From Dehalococcoidia bacterium (lineage in GTDB: Bacteria > Chloroflexota > Dehalococcoidia > Lucifugimonadales > JADFKI01): a stretch of 64,000 nucleotides of DNA. The stretch spans positions 1,357,395 through 1,421,394 of the forward strand of contig OZ241923.1 of the NCBI GenBank assembly GCA_965203955.1, written 5' to 3'. A program made the position numbers and the translations under genes. Numbering within the stretch: position 1 is the stretch's first letter; each line of letters opens with the position of its first letter. Shown here in pieces: positions 61,512 to 64,000 of the stretch. The notes under the pieces were generated by a model. That model did no database searches. It saw nothing but the letters and a program-made list of their open reading frames with translations, and was not told the origin of the DNA.

Positions 61512-61527
61512 TTCAAAGCAATCGTCC

Positions 61528-62382
61528 CTAGCCGGTTGTGAGGAGGGCGACGTTGCCGGCGGCGAACATGGCGTCGAGTGGGGCTTGCTGGCCGGTCCAC
61601 ATCTCGAAGGCTGCCGCGCCCTGGTAGATGAGCATGGGCATGCCGCCGAGCGCGGTTGCTCCCGCGTTGCGAGCGCCTGCGAGGAACGGGGTGTTCTGCG
61701 GGTTATAGACCATGTCCATGACTACCGCTTCGTGGGATATTATGCCGCCGGAGAGCGGTGTCTGCCCTTCGGTGTCTCCGTGCCGCATTCCCACGGAGGT
61801 GCAGTTGACGATGAGGTCGGATTCGAGCGCGACAGGCTCAAGAGTCGTATTGTCCAGCATGGCGGCGAGCACACTAACCGCGTCGTTGTGCAGGGCGGCG
61901 GAAAGCGTCTCGGCGCGAGAGACGTTGCGATTGGCGATGGTGATGGATGCGACTCCTTCACGGCAGAGGGCGAACGCGGCGGCACGCGCAGCGCCACCTG
62001 CGCCGAGAAGCAGCACTCTCTTGCCCGCAGGCTCGAAGCCGCCGTCTTCCTTCAGCTCGCGCATGAAGCCGTGCGCGTCTGTGTTGTGTCCGACGAGTCG
62101 TCCCGCGGTCTTGACGATGGTGTTCACCGCGCCAATGGACTGCGCCAGGGGATCAACCTCATCCAGCAGGGCGATGACGCTCTCCTTGTGCGGGATGGTC
62201 ACATTCGCGCCGATGAAATCGCCGCTGCGCAGCTTTGCCACCTCCTCGGCGAGACCTTCCGGCGGCGTCTCCCACGCGAGGTATTGCACGTCCAGCCCGT
62301 AGTGGTTGAAAGCCGCCTGCTGGAACGCCGGCGACAATGAGTGCGAAAGCGGGTAGCCGAATATGCCTGCTAGCTGTGTCAT
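61528..62382 (-). CDS. aroE: shikimate dehydrogenase
   Basis: FGYPLSHSLSP, NVTIPHK, LGAGGAARA. SD is GGAGG. Confidence 0.9.
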   Translation of the reverse strand: MTQLAGIFGYPLSHSLSPAFQQAAFNHYGLDVQYLAWETPPEGLAEEVAKLRSGDFIGANVTIPHKESVIALLDEVDPLAQSIGAVNTIVKTAGRLVGHNTDAHGFMRELKEDGGFEPAGKRVLLLGAGGAARAAAFALCREGVASITIANRNVSRAETLSAALHNDAVSVLAAMLDNTTLEPVALESDLIVNCTSVGMRHGDTEGQTPLSGGIISHEAVVMDMVYNPQNTPFLAGARNAGATALGGMPMLIYQGAAAFEMWTGQQAPLDAMFAAGNVALLTTG

Positions 62383-62402
62383 AGCGCTACCTCCGATATT
62401 GG

Positions 62403-62445
62403 TTATCAGTTGTCAGTTGTCAGTTGTCAGTTTTCAGTATATCAG
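62403..62445 (-). repeat. TGA-rich heptad spacer, (CTGACAA)x3 core, immediately upstream of the aroE SD
   Basis: Minus strand reads ACTGAAAACTGACAACTGACAACTGACAACTGATAACC. Five TGA at exact 7-nt spacing. Confidence 0.8.
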
Positions 62446-62644
62446 TATGGTACGGAGCGGTCATTATCGTGCAAGAAGATGCTCCATCCGTCGGGTCGGC
62501 GACGTCATTGAGAAGGGGAGTCGCATGGTGGGAAGGTCCAATTGCCGCTATTGCGCCCCTCATCTACATTGACCCGAGCCGAGGCATCTGCTTACGATTA
62601 TTCTAATGTTTGTGCTGGACAGTTGCTAAATACTAGGATTTGCC

Positions 62645-63262
62645 ATGACCGACTACGACGATATAGTGAGACAGATCGCCGGATGCACGCGCTGCGCGCT
62701 GTCGGAGAGGCGCACGCGCACCGTGCCCGGGAACGGCTCGACGAGCGCGGACATCATGTTCATCGGCGAAGCGCCAGGCTACAACGAGGACCAGCAGGGG
62801 CTGCCGTTCGTGGGCGCGGCGGGCAATGTGCTTACGGACCTGCTGGCGGGCATAGGGCTGAGGCGCTCGGACGTGTATATCACGAATATGGTGAAGTGCC
62901 GCCCCAACAACAACCGCGACCCTCTGAGCGGCGAGATCGAGGCGTGTTCCGGCTACCTCGACGCGCAGATAGAGCTTATCGACCCAAAGGTTATCGTCGC
63001 GCTGGGGCGCTATTCGTTCGGCAAGTTCTTTCCGGGGCGCAGCATCAGCCGTGAGAGAGGCAAGCCGCGCTCGTGGCAGGGGCGCATGATATATCCGATG
63101 TACCATCCCGCTGCTACACTGCACAACCCGCGACTGCGCCCGGCGCTTGAGAACGACTTCCGCAACCTGCTGCCGCTCGTAGAAGAGGTTATCGCGATGC
63201 CGCCGGAAGACGCGGTGGATGAGGATGAGGGGCAGCAAGCCCAGCAGATGAGCCTGTTCTAG
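62645..63262 (+). CDS. udg: uracil-DNA glycosylase, family 4
   Basis: CTRCALS..., FIGEAPGYNEDQQGLPFVGAAG, HPAA. Confidence 0.85.
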   Translation: MTDYDDIVRQIAGCTRCALSERRTRTVPGNGSTSADIMFIGEAPGYNEDQQGLPFVGAAGNVLTDLLAGIGLRRSDVYITNMVKCRPNNNRDPLSGEIEACSGYLDAQIELIDPKVIVALGRYSFGKFFPGRSISRERGKPRSWQGRMIYPMYHPAATLHNPRLRPALENDFRNLLPLVEEVIAMPPEDAVDEDEGQQAQQMSLF

Positions 63263-63268
63263 GTGGGG

Positions 63269-63300
63269 CTGACATCAATGTACAGGATTGGCAGGATAGG
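63269..63300 (+). repeat. repeat family C copy (overlaps the start of the lipoprotein gene)
   Basis: CTGACATCAATGTACAGGATTGGCAGGATAGG. Confidence 0.75.
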
Positions 63301-64000
63301 GCTGCTCGGCTTTGTTCTGTTGATTGTCATGGGTTGCGGCGTTACCGAGCCGCCTTTGCCGTCTGTGCCACTGCCCGTCCCATCCGTGCTGAAGGCTGAG
63401 CCAAGCGCGACTCCGGCTCCTACGGAATCCGCTCCCACAACCACGCCTACAGCGCCACAGACGCCTTCCGGCGACGAGGGCATCACACTGACCATCAGCG
63501 TCGCGCCTGACTCGCAGGACATTCCCGACTACAACCGCGGGGACTGGCGGCACTGGATTGACGCGGACCGCGACTGCCAGGATGCGCGGCAAGAGGCGCT
63601 CATCGCCGAATCGCTTAGTTCCGTCGTGTATGAGACGCAAGACCAATGCCGCGTCGAGAGCGGCGACTGGTTCGGAGCGTACACAGGGGAGTCGTTCGCG
63701 GATCCAGGCGACCTCGATGTTGACCACATGGTTCCTCTTGAGAACGCGCACAGGTCGGGCGGCTGGGCATGGTCTAAGGAGCGCAAGGCTGATTACGCCA
63801 ACGACCTGTCATACGCGAACCACCTGATCGCTGTGCAGGCGTCGGCAAACCGGCGAAAGGGCAGCAAGGGACCGGAGGAGTGGAAGCCGCCGCGCCGCGA
63901 GTACTGGTGCGAGTACGCGACCGACTGGGTGACGATCAAGCATGGCTGGGGACTGACGGCAAATCCGAGCGAGGCGGACGCCCTGCGCGAGATGCTTGCG
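63278..64000 (+). CDS. lipoprotein with DUF1524/HNH-like nuclease domain, 3' end outside window
   Basis: Not in the ORF track (no stop inside the window). Lipobox LLIVMGC, a Pro/Thr/Ala linker, then DLDVDHMVPLENAH...NHLIAVQASANRRKG. Confidence 0.6.
   Translation, partial: MYRIGRIGLLGFVLLIVMGCGVTEPPLPSVPLPVPSVLKAEPSATPAPTESAPTTTPTAPQTPSGDEGITLTISVAPDSQDIPDYNRGDWRHWIDADRDCQDARQEALIAESLSSVVYETQDQCRVESGDWFGAYTGESFADPGDLDVDHMVPLENAHRSGGWAWSKERKADYANDLSYANHLIAVQASANRRKGSKGPEEWKPPRREYWCEYATDWVTIKHGWGLTANPSEADALREMLA

Noticed and set aside
14789-62000. A search for additional TGA-interrupted (selenoprotein) genes among adjacent same-frame ORF pairs.
   Set aside because: Apart from the UGSC gene, I found no pair of co-linear ORFs separated only by a TGA with a redox-type motif at the junction.
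62403-62445. Short tandem repeats (TTGTCAG x3 and similar tracts elsewhere) considered as a possible CRISPR array.
   Set aside because: The repeat unit is only 7 nt, there are no spacers, and no cas genes are present. It is better described as a low-complexity heptad spacer.

Overview
This is a high-GC (roughly 60%) bacterial chromosomal window. It most likely comes from a Chloroflexi-type genome: it carries a Chlor_Arch_YYY/DUF2298 membrane protein, very dense short intergenic palindromic repeats, and a PPOX/F420-type enzyme, a P450, SDRs and amidohydrolase paralogs. I count about 80 protein-coding genes, roughly three quarters on the minus strand. I found no rRNA, tRNA or CRISPR array. Housekeeping genes (trpB, hemD, ftsY, thrC, tgt, aroB-aroK-aroE, two uracil-DNA glycosylases, thpR) are interleaved with accessory material. 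That material includes an IS21 (istAB) and an IS630 (frameshifted transposase) side by side next to a disrupted secreted pentapeptide-repeat/FN3 gene. It also includes at least nine toxin-antitoxin modules plus remnants, three Uma2 nucleases and several AT-richer islets. Main points: (1) An AT-richer two-gene islet at 40199-42835 has its own promoter. It encodes an AAA_15/DUF3696-type ABC ATPase and a protein with a MIT_C/PLD-like HxRx4D domain, and I flag it as a candidate undescribed defence system. (2) A UGSC-type selenoprotein gene with in-frame TGA and a downstream hairpin is split in the ORF track and sits directly upstream of a P450. (3) A small tail-anchored coiled-coil protein gene is triplicated in tandem. 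(4) A two-member paralog family of repeat-module proteins is driven by a near-identical promoter, and one copy has overwritten a toxin gene. (5) thrC, a NIL-domain gene and a CysO-like GG-Cys sulfur-carrier gene form a cluster. (6) At least six families of short repeats occur, and five of the families are co-oriented on the plus strand in every copy I could find. There are also 7-nt-phased TGA-rich spacers. All functional names come from motif recognition by eye. No database search or folding program was run, and start codons are best guesses.
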